From assembly GCF_030013595.1 (NCBI RefSeq), contig NZ_CP122768.1: a stretch of 64,000 nt of DNA, one strand, 5' to 3'. Below the pieces are notes generated by a model. That model was not told the DNA's origin, ran no database searches, and saw only the letters and a list, made by a program, of their open reading frames with translations. Shown piece after piece: positions 43,998-55,618 of the stretch. Position numbers and translations under genes: made by a program. This DNA is from Escherichia coli. GTDB lineage: Bacteria; Pseudomonadota; Gammaproteobacteria; Enterobacterales; Enterobacteriaceae. Every line of letters starts with the position of its first letter. The first letter of the stretch is position 1.

Positions 43998-44015
43998 TGT
44001 CAACAATCATTGACA
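43998..44015. promoter_or_regulatory. TyrR box (TGTCAA-N6-TTGACA) upstream of tyrR
   Basis: Palindrome matching TyrR box consensus TGTAAA-N6-TTTACA about 70 bp upstream of the tyrR start. Confidence 0.55.
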
Positions 44016-44074
44016 CAAAGACGGAAAAACGGGCACTTCGGCGTAAAGATATCCGGTCAGCACCCGATATTGCA

Positions 44075-45136
44075 TTATTTTTCGCTGGGCGTTTTGCCTT
44101 TTTGCAGCGTCTCTTTCACCTGACCGATAAGCTGACGACGGAAATCCCCGAGGCGAGGTTTGTCATCGTCAATCCACGGCAGAGGGCGGCAAAGCTCCAT
44201 AGCTTTAATCCCCAGTCGTGCCGTCAGAAGTCCTGCACCAATCCCCTGAGCTGCCCGGGTAGACAAACGCGCAGCGAGATCTTGCGACATCCAGTCCATC
44301 CCCACTTCGCGCACCAGTTCGCTGGCTCCGGCGAAAGCGATATTCAGCAATACCAGCTTAAACAGGCGCAAACGGCTGTAATACCCCAGTTCAATGCCAT
44401 ACAGCGTGGCGATGCGATTAATCAAACGCAGATTGCGCCAGGCGATAAATGCCATATCCACCAGTGCCAGCGGGCTGACCGCAATCATCAATGTTGATTC
44501 CGCTGCCGAACGGCTGATTTCGCGCCGCGCCTGGGCATCTAAAACTGGCTGGACCAAATGCGCATACAAACTGACCACTTCACGGTCGTTTTGCGTTTCA
44601 TGGATTGAGGCATACCAGCGTTGCAGAGCCGGATGTGACTGATCGATACCCGCCTGCTGCGCCAGTTTTTCGCAGAATGCACGGCCTTTACCCGTGCCGT
44701 GACTGTGCAACAAATCGCGCGCTTCGTCGCGTTCATGGGCGCGCTGTCGCAAGCGCCATAAGCGCCGCCACTCTGTTACCACAGAACCTACGCCAGCGCC
44801 GATAATCAATGCCCCAGCGGCACATCCACCCAGCGCTACCCAATCCTGAGTTTGCCAGGCGTTCATTGTCCACTGCACGCCCTGCCCGACAACGCTTGCG
44901 CCAAACAGAGCCAACCCGCCCATCACCATTTTGCGCCACAGGCTGCGTTTCGGACGTAACGCTGCGTCGATCACCGCTTCAACTTGCCCCTCTTCTTCCT
45001 GCGCTTCGTCGAGCGTGGCCGGGGCAAAATTTTGCGCCTGATTTTCGTCAAAGGTCTGTTGCGCCCTGAATTTTGGATTCTGATCAACCTCCAGTGGACC
45101 GTCGAAATCAATACGTGGTTTTAACGGTTCGGTCAT
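44075..45136 (-). CDS. ycjF: inner-membrane protein YcjF
   Basis: 353-aa ORF, translationally coupled to ycjX. Confidence 0.9.
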   Translation of the reverse strand: MTEPLKPRIDFDGPLEVDQNPKFRAQQTFDENQAQNFAPATLDEAQEEEGQVEAVIDAALRPKRSLWRKMVMGGLALFGASVVGQGVQWTMNAWQTQDWVALGGCAAGALIIGAGVGSVVTEWRRLWRLRQRAHERDEARDLLHSHGTGKGRAFCEKLAQQAGIDQSHPALQRWYASIHETQNDREVVSLYAHLVQPVLDAQARREISRSAAESTLMIAVSPLALVDMAFIAWRNLRLINRIATLYGIELGYYSRLRLFKLVLLNIAFAGASELVREVGMDWMSQDLAARLSTRAAQGIGAGLLTARLGIKAMELCRPLPWIDDDKPRLGDFRRQLIGQVKETLQKGKTPSEK

Positions 45137-46530
45137 CGCAATTTATCTCCTATTAAAAATTCCAGCGCAGCATCAAGACGAATATGCGGCAGCGGTTTGT
45201 CGACATCCATCACCTGCGGACGAAACGCCTCAAACTGGAAGCCTTGCTTATCCCAGAACGCCTGACCAGGTAAACGCGCGGGAACTTCGCCAGGATAAAC
45301 AGTGAGCGGTGCGCCATCGCTGAGTCGATTACCGCGCAGCGCCGGGATTTTCTCACCGTTAACATCAATAATGCCGCTGGTGGTCGCCTGAACTGACGCC
45401 AGCCCCAGGCAGTCCATGCTGATCCCTTCGAACGCCGCATTTTGCCAGGCATCCTGAATTAGTTGTTGCAGTAATGAAACCATATTAGCGTGCTGATCGA
45501 TGGTCACATGGTCCGCTTTAGTGGCAGCAAACAATAGCTTATCGATAACCGGCGAAAACAAACGCCGGAACAGGGTGCGCTGCCCGTAGTGAAAACTTTG
45601 CATCAGTTGCGTCAGCGCCAGACGCATATCATTAAATGCCTGTGGCCCACTGTTGAGAGGTTGCAGGCAGTCCACCAGCACAATCTGGCGGTCAAAGCGC
45701 AGAAAATGATTCTTATAGAACCCCTTCACCACCTTCTCGCAATAATAATTAAAGCGCTCGCGCAGCATTCCGGCATTGGTATGCTTATCGGCCTGCGCCA
45801 GTTTGGACTCACCCCAGGCATCGACATCCGGCCACGGGAAGAATTGCAGCGCGGGCGCACCTGCCATATCTCCTGGCAAGACAAAGCGCCCAGGCTGAAT
45901 AAAGTGCAGCCCCTGCTGTTTACAGTGGTGGAGATAATCGGTCCAGGCGGCGGCAATGTCTGCCAGCCGGTTTTCGTCGGCAGGCGCTAGCGGGTCCAGC
46001 CCTTCGCACATCATTCGCCATTTCGCCGACCATTCGCCGCGCTGACCATTAAGTAAGCCCGTCATCTGGCGCGACCAGCTTAAATAGTCCTGCGCCAGCA
46101 TCGGCAGGTCGAGCAACCATTCGCCGGGATAATCCACAATTTCCAGATACAGCGTGGAGGTGTCCTTGAAGTGGCGTAGCAGCGAATCGTTCGATTTAAA
46201 ACGTAGCGCCAGGCGGATTTCACTGACGCCGCGCGTTGGCGTTGGCCAGGCGGGAGGATCGCCATATAACTGCGCCAGCCCTTCATCATAGGTGAAGCGC
46301 GGAATGCCAAAGTCACGCTGGGGAATGCGTTTTACGCCCAGCAGACGCTCTTCACGCACCGCACTTAATAGCGGCAAACGTGCTCCGGCGTGAATATTGA
46401 GCAACTGATTGACCATCGCAGTAATAAACGCCGTTTTGCCGCTGCGGCTAAGTCCGGTTACGGCGAGGCGCAGATGTCTGTCGACACCCCGATTCACCAG
46501 CGCATTAAGTTCATTTTTAAGTCGCTTCAT
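45133..46530 (-). CDS. ycjX: P-loop NTPase YcjX
   Basis: 465 aa; Walker A GLSRSGKT. Confidence 0.9.
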   Translation of the reverse strand: MKRLKNELNALVNRGVDRHLRLAVTGLSRSGKTAFITAMVNQLLNIHAGARLPLLSAVREERLLGVKRIPQRDFGIPRFTYDEGLAQLYGDPPAWPTPTRGVSEIRLALRFKSNDSLLRHFKDTSTLYLEIVDYPGEWLLDLPMLAQDYLSWSRQMTGLLNGQRGEWSAKWRMMCEGLDPLAPADENRLADIAAAWTDYLHHCKQQGLHFIQPGRFVLPGDMAGAPALQFFPWPDVDAWGESKLAQADKHTNAGMLRERFNYYCEKVVKGFYKNHFLRFDRQIVLVDCLQPLNSGPQAFNDMRLALTQLMQSFHYGQRTLFRRLFSPVIDKLLFAATKADHVTIDQHANMVSLLQQLIQDAWQNAAFEGISMDCLGLASVQATTSGIIDVNGEKIPALRGNRLSDGAPLTVYPGEVPARLPGQAFWDKQGFQFEAFRPQVMDVDKPLPHIRLDAALEFLIGDKLR

Positions 46531-46648
46531 TGCTGTCCTGTGCCAGAAAGCTGTAGAAAGGATTAGATACTGGAGATAATAATGTGGGTTAATTTTGATT
46601 TATCAAATGAATAAGCGGCGTTGTTTACACCGCTCAATAAGTAATTTG

Positions 46649-46963
46649 TTAACCTTTGACCATCGGCATTGCGATGTCTTTCAGGCCGCCGGCGTTCTCA
46701 ACGTGGGTATATCCCATCTCGCTAAGGATCTCTTTTGCCTGCCCTGACTGGCGTCCGGCATTGCAATACACTTTCACGGTGTCGTTTTTATCCGGAACGG
46801 CGGTGGCAATGCGCTCTTTTACTTCCTTCAGGGGAATATTGATGGCTCCCTGAACGTGCTCTTGCTGATACTGCTCTGGAACACGAACATCGATCCAATG
46901 TTCAGCGGCGAAAACGGGCAGTGAAAACAACAGTGTCAGAGCAAGTAAGCCTTTTTTAAACAT
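46649..46963 (-). CDS. pspE: periplasmic rhodanese PspE
   Basis: 104 aa with signal peptide and active-site Cys (VYCNAGRQS). Confidence 0.92.
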   Translation of the reverse strand: MFKKGLLALTLLFSLPVFAAEHWIDVRVPEQYQQEHVQGAINIPLKEVKERIATAVPDKNDTVKVYCNAGRQSGQAKEILSEMGYTHVENAGGLKDIAMPMVKG

Positions 46964-47037
46964 GTAAGCGTCCTTCTATGGATGATAATTGCCATCCATA
47001 ATACGCCTTAGCTTTAACAATTTTTGCGAAACTCCCC

Positions 47038-47259
47038 TCACCTTTTATAACGCTGCGCCAGTTTATTGGCAGCCCGACTTAACAGCGGTTCCAGCGCCAC
47101 AGCCAGCAACATTTTCAGCGGTCGGCGAGCAACTGATTTTATCGCCCAGCCCGCCACACCCGCCGGGCCATAGCGCAGTGCGGTAAGAAGTACCAGCTTG
47201 CCTGCTAATTTGAAACCAGGCTTCACCTTTTGCCCGGCCTGTTGCCAGCGAGTATTCAT
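47038..47259 (-). CDS. pspD: phage shock protein D
   Basis: 73 aa from [15 protein letters not shown]... Confidence 0.9.
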
Positions 47260-47267
47260 AACTTTCC

Positions 47268-47627
47268 TCACAGTTGACGGAAACGGCTACGTAACGTGAA
47301 AGTATCGGAAGTGACATAACGTTCCATCTCGCGTAAACGCGTTTCACTTGCCGCCAGTTCACGGTCGACTTCATCCAGCAATTCACTGCTGGAAGGTAGC
47401 TGCTCACCAAAGGCCATGTTGTCCGGCATTGGATCAAGCGCAAATGACAAAATGATGTAAGCAACCAGGGTAAACAGCGCCAGACCGAAGAAAATCGACA
47501 GCACCACCAGGATACGCACCAGTTTTACTGGTACATCAAAATAGTTGGCAATCCCGGCGCAGACGCCACGGACCATGCCCTGCTGTGGAATACGCCATAA
47601 TTTTTTATTGAGATTAATGCCCGCCAT
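47268..47627 (-). CDS. pspC: phage shock protein C
   Basis: 119-aa ORF with TM segment. Confidence 0.92.
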
Positions 47628-47851
47628 TAGCGATCCCTCCAGTTCGGATGTTCTGCATCAAGAATGGATTCCAGCGCCTGAATACGTTCGCGCATCCGTT
47701 TTGCTTCATCAGCCAGTTGCGCTAATCGCTGCTGCTCACTTTGCGACAATTCACTGCGACCAGAACGATTGCTGTAATGCAGCCATAACCAGATCGGTAA
47801 AACAAACAGCACAAAAATGGTTAACGGAATAGCCAGAAATAGCGCGCTCAT
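47627..47851 (-). CDS. pspB: phage shock protein B
   Basis: 74-aa ORF with N-terminal TM helix. Confidence 0.92.
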   Translation of the reverse strand: MSALFLAIPLTIFVLFVLPIWLWLHYSNRSGRSELSQSEQQRLAQLADEAKRMRERIQALESILDAEHPNWRDR

Positions 47852-47904
47852 AAGGACTCCTTAGACGATGAGCGGCGGCGCGTTCAGACGCCGCCTGGAT
47901 GTTA

Positions 47905-48645
<741 letters not shown>

Positions 48646-48739
48646 TTATCTTTTTGATTTATAAAGATCTGATTGAAGAATCAACAGCAACATGCCAGGA
48701 TGAGTTAGCGAATTACACTAACAAGTGGCGAATTTCATC

Positions 48740-49717
48740 ATGGCAGAATACAAAGATAATTTACTCGGTGAGGCGAACAGCTTTCTCGAAGTGCTGGAAC
48801 AGGTTTCGCATCTCGCACCGCTGGACAAACCGGTGCTCATCATCGGCGAGCGCGGCACAGGTAAAGAGCTGATTGCCAGCCGTCTGCATTATCTCTCCTC
48901 CCGTTGGCAGGGGCCGTTTATTTCCCTTAACTGCGCGGCGTTAAATGAAAATCTGCTGGATTCCGAACTGTTTGGTCACGAAGCGGGCGCGTTTACCGGT
49001 GCGCAAAAACGTCATCCAGGGAGATTTGAACGTGCCGACGGCGGTACGCTATTTCTTGATGAACTCGCTACGGCACCGATGATGGTGCAGGAGAAATTAT
49101 TGCGCGTGATTGAGTACGGTGAACTGGAGCGCGTTGGCGGCAGCCAGCCATTGCAGGTGAATGTGCGGTTGGTATGCGCGACGAATGCCGATCTCCCGGC
49201 GATGGTCAATGAAGGTACTTTTCGCGCTGACCTGCTCGACCGGCTGGCTTTCGATGTAGTGCAACTGCCGCCCCTGCGCGAGCGCGAAAGCGACATTATG
49301 CTGATGGCAGAACACTTTGCCATTCAGATGTGTCGGGAAATCAAGCTGCCTCTGTTCCCGGGGTTTACGGAGCGCGCCAGAGAAACATTGCTGAATTATC
49401 GCTGGCCGGGAAATATTCGTGAATTGAAAAACGTGGTGGAACGTTCAGTATATCGCCACGGCACCAGCGATTATCCGCTTGATGACATTATTATTGATCC
49501 CTTTAAACGGCGTCCGCCTGAAGACGCTATCGCCGTTTCAGAAACCACCTCGCTTCCAACACTGCCGCTGGATTTACGTGAGTTTCAGATGCAGCAGGAA
49601 AAAGAGTTGCTGCAACTCAGTTTGCAACAAGGGAAATATAACCAGAAGCGCGCAGCTGAATTGCTGGGGTTAACCTATCATCAGTTCCGCGCGTTGTTGA
49701 AAAAGCACCAGATTTAG
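48740..49717 (+). CDS. pspF: psp operon sigma-54 activator PspF
   Basis: 325 aa from MAEYKDNLLGEANSFLEVLEQV... Confidence 0.93.
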   Translation: MAEYKDNLLGEANSFLEVLEQVSHLAPLDKPVLIIGERGTGKELIASRLHYLSSRWQGPFISLNCAALNENLLDSELFGHEAGAFTGAQKRHPGRFERADGGTLFLDELATAPMMVQEKLLRVIEYGELERVGGSQPLQVNVRLVCATNADLPAMVNEGTFRADLLDRLAFDVVQLPPLRERESDIMLMAEHFAIQMCREIKLPLFPGFTERARETLLNYRWPGNIRELKNVVERSVYRHGTSDYPLDDIIIDPFKRRPPEDAIAVSETTSLPTLPLDLREFQMQQEKELLQLSLQQGKYNQKRAAELLGLTYHQFRALLKKHQI

Positions 49718-49738
49718 CGAAGTTGGGCAATACAACTT

Positions 49739-49820
49739 GCCGGATGCGGCGTGAATGCTTTGTCCGGCATACATAATCAATACGTCGTTTGCAGGCCTGA
49801 TAAGCGCAGCGCATCAGACA
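49739..49820. repeat. REP/BIME palindromic units between pspF and puuE
   Basis: GCCGGATGCGGCGTGAATGCTTTGTCCGGCATAC and GCAGGCCTGATAAGCGCAGCGCATCAGGC-type units. Confidence 0.6.
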
Positions 49821-49836
49821 TTATTGCGTTGGGCTA

Positions 49837-51102
49837 TTAATCGTTCAGCGCATCCTGCAATATTTTCATTGCCGCATCGAATTGCGCATCCGGGATGGTC
49901 AGCGGATACAGGAAGCGAATCACGTTGCCGTATGCGCCACAGGTCAGCAGAAGCAGCCCCTGCGCCAGCGCGCGTTGCTGGATTTTCTGTGCAATCGCCG
50001 CTGACGGCTCGCCCGTTTGCGGATCGTTAAACTCTGCCGCAATCATAGACCCCAGACCGCGTACCGCCGCGATGGCCGGAACGCTTTCTTTGGCATCAAT
50101 CAACGTGTTTGTCAGGCGCTGGCCCAGTTGATTCGCGCGTTCACAGAGTGATTCTTTGTCGATAATGTTGAGCACAGCGTGCGCGGCAGCCACCGCCAGC
50201 GGGTTCCCGGCGTAAGTACCACCCAACCCGCCCGGCGCGGGCGCGTCCATAATATTCGCGTTACCGACCACGCCCGAAAGCGGCATGCCTCCCGCGATGC
50301 TTTTCGCCATCGTCATTAAGTCCGGCTTATCGGCGTAGTGATCCATGGCAAACAGTTTACCGGTACGCGCAAAGCCGCTTTGCACTTCATCGGCAATCAT
50401 CACAATGCCGTGCTCGTCGCACAGGCGGCGAATGGCGGCAACCAGCTCTTTTGGTGCAACGTTGAAACCGCCTTCGCCCTGCACCGGTTCGAAAATAATC
50501 GCCGCCACCTGTTTCGCTTCAATGTCCGATTTAAACAAGCGTTCGATGGCGTCGAGGGAGTCCTGCGTTGAAACGCCATGTAAATCTGACGGATAAGGTA
50601 CGTGATACACCGAACCGGGGAACGGGCCGAAGCCGATTTTGTACGGCGCGACCTTTCCGGTCAGCGCCATGGTCATATATGTACGACCGTGGAAGCCGCC
50701 GCTAAACGCAATCACGCCAGGGCGTCCGGTATGGGCGCGGGCGATTTTCACCGCGTTCTCAACCGCTTCCGCACCGGTGGTGAAGAACGCAGTTTTAGCC
50801 TGCCCGCTCACCGGGGCAAGGGCGTTAATTTTCTCCGCCAGGGTGACGTAGCTTTCGTACGGCACAATCTGATACGCCGTGTGGGTAAACTGTTGCAATT
50901 GCTGCTCCACCGCCGCGACCAGATCAGGGTGGCGATGCCCGGTATTCAGCACCGCAATGCCTGCGGCGAAATCGATGTATTCGTTGCCCTCTACGTCCTT
51001 CAGCGTAGCGTTTTCTGCCGACTGGGCGAAGAAGTTACACATCACGCCAACCCCGCGTGGGGTAGCAGAAAGACGACGCTGATGGAATTCATTGTTGCTC
51101 AT
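49837..51102 (-). CDS. puuE: 4-aminobutyrate aminotransferase PuuE
   Basis: 421-aa class III aminotransferase. Confidence 0.93.
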   Translation of the reverse strand: MSNNEFHQRRLSATPRGVGVMCNFFAQSAENATLKDVEGNEYIDFAAGIAVLNTGHRHPDLVAAVEQQLQQFTHTAYQIVPYESYVTLAEKINALAPVSGQAKTAFFTTGAEAVENAVKIARAHTGRPGVIAFSGGFHGRTYMTMALTGKVAPYKIGFGPFPGSVYHVPYPSDLHGVSTQDSLDAIERLFKSDIEAKQVAAIIFEPVQGEGGFNVAPKELVAAIRRLCDEHGIVMIADEVQSGFARTGKLFAMDHYADKPDLMTMAKSIAGGMPLSGVVGNANIMDAPAPGGLGGTYAGNPLAVAAAHAVLNIIDKESLCERANQLGQRLTNTLIDAKESVPAIAAVRGLGSMIAAEFNDPQTGEPSAAIAQKIQQRALAQGLLLLTCGAYGNVIRFLYPLTIPDAQFDAAMKILQDALND

Positions 51103-51139
51103 GTTTCACACCTTTTGACTCTTCACTGTTAATCGGAAA

Positions 51140-52420
51140 TTAAACGCCCAGACGATCGCGCAGGCTGTAATAAGCCGCGCCCATCGCGGTAAATGGCACG
51201 CGCAGCGTGCGCCCGCTGGGGAACGGGTAATGCGGCAGATTGGCGAAGGCATCGAAACGTTCGGCGTCGCCGCGCAGCAGTTCGGCAATCAAACGCCCGG
51301 CAAGATGGGTACAGGTGACGCCGTGGCCGCTGTAACCCTGCATGTAATAGATGTTGGTATCAAGGCGACCGAACTGCGGCATGCGCGACAAGGTCAGCAG
51401 GAAGTTGCCCGTCCAGCGGTAATCAATTTTCACGCCCTTCAGCTGCGGGAAGGTTTTCAGCAGTTTCGGCACCACAAGGCGCTCAACGTCATCCGGGTCG
51501 CGCGCGCCGTAGACCACGCCGCCGCCGTACAGCAGGCGGTTATCGGCGGTAAGACGGTAGTAATCAAGCAGATAGTTACAGTCTTCAACGCAGTAGTTTT
51601 TCGGGATCAGCGAACGGGCTAAATCTTCCGACAGCCGCTCGGTGGTGATCACCTGCGTGCCGCACGGCATGCTGCGTTTCGCTAGTTCCGGCTCTACTTT
51701 ATCGCCCAGATACGCATTCCCGGCGACAATCACATACTTCGCCGTCACCTGACCATTGGCAGTCCGCACCACGGCTGGCGTGGTGTGCTGGATCTGCGTC
51801 ACGGCGGAAAGCTCATACACGCGCCCTCCGTTCAGGCGGATGGCATCGGCTTCACCAATGGCGAGGTTTAGCGGGTGAATATGCCCACCGCTGTGATCCA
51901 GCAGCGCACCAGTGTAGCGATCGCTGGCGACCTCGCGGCGAATAGCGTTGGCGTCCAGCAGCTCCAGCTGTTTATTGCCGTAGCGTTCCCAGTTCTCTTT
52001 CTGCTCTTCGAGTGTGGCGAGCTGTTTATCATTCATCGCCACAAACAGGCCGCCGGGGCGATAGTCGCAGTCAATCTGATAACGTTTGATACGTTCGCGG
52101 ATGATCTCGCCACCCTCGAACATCATGCTGCCGAGCATACGGGCGGTGTCCATGCCGTAGCTTTTTTCGATGACGTCGATGTCGCGGCTGTAGGAGTTCA
52201 CAAGCTGCCCGCCGTTGCGTCCGCTTGCGCCGAAGCCGATGCGTGAGGCTTCAAGAACCACCACGTCAAAGCCCGCTTCCGCCAGATGCAGCGCGGAGGA
52301 AAGCCCGGTATAGCCGCCGCCAACCACGCAAACATCGCAGGAAATCGACTCATTCAGTGTGTCGAATGGCGCGTATTTATTCGCACTGGCGGCGTAATAA
52401 CTGCTGGTATGTTCGGTCAT
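51140..52420 (-). CDS. puuB: gamma-glutamylputrescine oxidase PuuB
   Basis: 426 aa with N-terminal FAD-binding motif VCVVGGGYTG. Confidence 0.93.
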   Translation of the reverse strand: MTEHTSSYYAASANKYAPFDTLNESISCDVCVVGGGYTGLSSALHLAEAGFDVVVLEASRIGFGASGRNGGQLVNSYSRDIDVIEKSYGMDTARMLGSMMFEGGEIIRERIKRYQIDCDYRPGGLFVAMNDKQLATLEEQKENWERYGNKQLELLDANAIRREVASDRYTGALLDHSGGHIHPLNLAIGEADAIRLNGGRVYELSAVTQIQHTTPAVVRTANGQVTAKYVIVAGNAYLGDKVEPELAKRSMPCGTQVITTERLSEDLARSLIPKNYCVEDCNYLLDYYRLTADNRLLYGGGVVYGARDPDDVERLVVPKLLKTFPQLKGVKIDYRWTGNFLLTLSRMPQFGRLDTNIYYMQGYSGHGVTCTHLAGRLIAELLRGDAERFDAFANLPHYPFPSGRTLRVPFTAMGAAYYSLRDRLGV

Positions 52421-52421
52421 T

Positions 52422-53909
52422 TCAGGCCTCCAGGCTTATCCAGATAGTTTTCAGTTCAGTGAATTTTTCAAGGGCGTGCAGGGATTTGTCGCGACCGTTG
52501 CCGCTCTGCTTATAGCCGCCAAACGGCACGGTCATATCGCCGTCGTTGTAGTTATTGACAAAGACGGAACCGGCTTTCAGGCGACGGCTCATGCGGTGCG
52601 CGCGGGAGAGGTCGCGCGTCCATACCGCCGCGCCGAGGCCGTACTGGCTGTCGTTAGCAAGCTGAAGCGCCTGATCTTCTGATGTGAAACGCGTGACCAC
52701 CAACACCGGGCCGAAAATCTCTTCGCGGCTTAAGGACGCATTCGGGTCTACGTCTACAAAGATCGTCGGGCCGATGGCGGCAGCCAGCTCGGCGTTACGG
52801 CCATCCAGCAGCAGTTGCCCTTTGCTTTCGCCTTCCCGAATAAAGCTATGGACCGAGTCGGCGTGGGCGCAGTCGATTAAGGTGCCCATGGTGGTTGCGG
52901 GATCAAGTGGATGGCCCGGCTGCCAGTTTTGCGCCTGCTGTTTTAACAGGGCTAAGAATTCATCGGCGATGCTCTCTTCTAGCAACAAACGCGTTCCGGC
53001 GATGCACACCTGGCCCTGGTTGTAGAAAATGCCTGCGGCGGTGGCGCTTGCCGCCTGTTGCAAATCCGGGCAGTCGGCGAAAACGATGTTGGCGCTTTTG
53101 CCGCCCGCTTCCAGCCAGACGCGTTTCATGTTGCTGTCGCCTGCATCTTTCAGCAGCTGTTTCCCGGTACGGGTCGAACCGGTAAAGGCGATGGCGTCGA
53201 TATCGTTATGACGCGAAAGCGCCTGCCCCGCTTCATGACCAAAACCCGTCACCACGTTCAACACACCATCCGGCAAGCCTGCCTCTTTAGCCAGCCCGGC
53301 GAGACGAATCGCACTGAGCGGTGATTTTTCAGACGGTTTCAGAATCACGCTGTTTCCCGCCGCCAGCGCCGGGCCGAGTTTCCAGCAAGTCAGCAGCAGC
53401 GGGAAGTTCCACGGCACGATGGCGGCAATCACGCCGACCGGTTCACGCACGATCATCGCCAGCTCATGGCTACTGGTGGTCGCCACTTCGCCATACACTT
53501 TGTCGATCGCTTCGGCGTACCAGCGAATGGCGCGTGCCGCGCCGGGAATATCATCACGCAGGCTGTGACAAATCGGTTTGCCGGTGTCGAGCGTTTCCAG
53601 CAGCGCCAGTTCTTCAGCGTTAGCTTCCATTAAATCGGCGAGTTTATTCAGCACCGCTTTACGCTTAGCCGGAGAAGAGAGTGACCAGTCGCCACGTTCA
53701 AACACGCCGCGTGCTGCGCTCACCGCACGGTCAATATCGACGCTCTTGCCGCGGGCAATATTCGCCAGCGGTGCCTGGGTGACCGGATCAACGGTTTCAA
53801 AAGTTTCATTTTCCGCCGCAGCAGTATATTCACCGTTAATAAATAAGCGGGTTTCAATGGCGAGACTTAACGCTTTATCCTGCCAGTAAGCCAGATGATG
53901 AAAATTCAT
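52422..53909 (-). CDS. puuC: gamma-glutamyl-gamma-aminobutyraldehyde dehydrogenase PuuC
   Basis: 495 aa from MNFHHLAYWQDKA...; aldehyde dehydrogenase. Confidence 0.9.
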   Translation of the reverse strand: MNFHHLAYWQDKALSLAIETRLFINGEYTAAAENETFETVDPVTQAPLANIARGKSVDIDRAVSAARGVFERGDWSLSSPAKRKAVLNKLADLMEANAEELALLETLDTGKPICHSLRDDIPGAARAIRWYAEAIDKVYGEVATTSSHELAMIVREPVGVIAAIVPWNFPLLLTCWKLGPALAAGNSVILKPSEKSPLSAIRLAGLAKEAGLPDGVLNVVTGFGHEAGQALSRHNDIDAIAFTGSTRTGKQLLKDAGDSNMKRVWLEAGGKSANIVFADCPDLQQAASATAAGIFYNQGQVCIAGTRLLLEESIADEFLALLKQQAQNWQPGHPLDPATTMGTLIDCAHADSVHSFIREGESKGQLLLDGRNAELAAAIGPTIFVDVDPNASLSREEIFGPVLVVTRFTSEDQALQLANDSQYGLGAAVWTRDLSRAHRMSRRLKAGSVFVNNYNDGDMTVPFGGYKQSGNGRDKSLHALEKFTELKTIWISLEA

Positions 53910-54058
53910 TATGACTCCTGTTTCACGTCTATCAGATATATGCAGTTTGTGAACGTCAGGGCGCAGAGATCCCCGGGCCGTATGCCCGTTTATTTCTGGC
54001 GACATTCTTTATAGATTGCCGGGCGCATTGCGCTTACCCGGCTTACAGAACAAAAAGA

Positions 54059-54616
54059 TTAAAACGTGGTGGGCGTATGGGCGCTGATAATTCGGCAAAT
54101 ACCTGCCGACGTATTACTGAAACTGTGCGGGATGCCGGTATTAATGGCATAACTTTGCCCCGCGACGAGGTGGTAATCCTGACCATTAATCGTCAGAACA
54201 ATTTCACCTTCCAGTACAGTGCCTATTTCCTCACCCTGATGCTTAATTCTTTCCCCAGTGGTTGTGCCCGGCTGGTACGTTTCAAAGATCATCGCCAGCG
54301 TGCGATTCGGGTTACCGTTATGAACCAGCTTCATTGACACACCCTGACTGCCCATCTCAATTAAGTCGTCCTGATTAATGACGACCTGCGGCTCATCAGG
54401 TTTTTCCGGCTCGGAAAAGAATTCCGAGAGTGACAGACCATACACCTTCAGCAGCTTTTGCAGCGTACTGATGGCAGGGCTGACTTTATCTTGTTCTATC
54501 GTACTGATAGCACTGTGAGTCAGCCCGGAGAGTTCGGCGGCACGACGTTGTGAAAGCCCCTGCTGCTGGCGGATTTCCGACAAGCGTTTTCCTGGCGCCA
54601 GTCCCTCATCACTCAT
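54059..54616 (-). CDS. puuR: puu operon repressor PuuR (HTH plus cupin)
   Basis: 185-aa ORF. Confidence 0.92.
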   Translation of the reverse strand: MSDEGLAPGKRLSEIRQQQGLSQRRAAELSGLTHSAISTIEQDKVSPAISTLQKLLKVYGLSLSEFFSEPEKPDEPQVVINQDDLIEMGSQGVSMKLVHNGNPNRTLAMIFETYQPGTTTGERIKHQGEEIGTVLEGEIVLTINGQDYHLVAGQSYAINTGIPHSFSNTSAGICRIISAHTPTTF

Positions 54617-54642
54617 ATTTGCATTTCCTTAAACTGTAGTGG

Positions 54643-55407
54643 TCAGAGTCGCTGTTTTTCAGCGATATGGTGCTGACAAGCGGTGATAAAGCCCTCGAAC
54701 AATATACGCGAAAGCGCGTACTCGCTACTGTTCCATTCCGGGTGCCACTGTACGCCCAGCGCAAAAGGATGATTGATGACGCTAACCGCCTCAACTAAGC
54801 CATCCGGCGAGCGAGCTTCAACACGCAACCGTGGGCTAACGACCTTCGCCCCTTGTCCATGCAGAGAGTTTACCCAAAAGTTGCTACATTCAGGTAACAA
54901 CGCAGACAGTAATCCCCCCTCTTCAACCAGAACTTCATGCGACGGCGCATATTGCTGCTCCACCGGCAGTTCGGGATCTTCCCGATGTTCCAGCAATTCA
55001 GGCTGTTCGCACAGTTTGCGATGCAACGAACCACCGGTTGCCACCACCAGTTCCTGTAAACCCCGGCAGATGGCGAAAATGGGGATGCGCCTTTCGAGTG
55101 CGGCATTAATTAACGCCATGCTCAGAAGATCACGCCCGGGATCGGCGTCAGGCTCATCGCCGTTTTCACCATATAGGTGCGGCTGCACATTGCTGGGACT
55201 ACCAGGAAGATAAATACCATCGAGTTTCGGCAAAAGTTGTTCAAGTAATGACGGTTCCGCCAGCGCATGTGGCAGCGCAATTGGCAAGCCGCCTGCGTGG
55301 ATGATGGCATTCAGGTACTTTTCTTGCAGAGTCTGGGTCGCATGACCCTTAAGCCTGTTCCTGCACATTACGACACCGATAACCGGATTGTTCATTATAT
55401 TTTCCAT
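54643..55407 (-). CDS. puuD: gamma-glutamyl-GABA hydrolase PuuD
   Basis: 254 aa from MENIMNNPVIGVVMC... Confidence 0.9.
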   Translation of the reverse strand: MENIMNNPVIGVVMCRNRLKGHATQTLQEKYLNAIIHAGGLPIALPHALAEPSLLEQLLPKLDGIYLPGSPSNVQPHLYGENGDEPDADPGRDLLSMALINAALERRIPIFAICRGLQELVVATGGSLHRKLCEQPELLEHREDPELPVEQQYAPSHEVLVEEGGLLSALLPECSNFWVNSLHGQGAKVVSPRLRVEARSPDGLVEAVSVINHPFALGVQWHPEWNSSEYALSRILFEGFITACQHHIAEKQRL

Positions 55408-55618
55408 GCTCAATCTCACAAAGTGGACTAAATTATCGCCATTACTGCGCTTTAAATGATCTTTATGTTCAATATTTTTTCAATCTAGCAGTGGGTTTTC
55501 ATTTTTGCAAACTCAATTTAACATTTGACAAACATTTAGTTTGCATACAGATTCGAATAGTGGTCATTATATTTTACGCTTTGATAACGAGCGGAAAACA
55601 AACCAAAGGCGAAGAATC

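Noticed and set aside
52476-53889. Chain of + strand ORFs (60-113 aa) across the puuC locus
   Set aside because: All are antisense to the puuC coding sequence, a typical GC-rich shadow-frame artefact.
55420-55618. PuuR operator sites in the puuD-puuA divergent region
   Set aside because: I could not confidently match the remembered PuuR consensus by eye.
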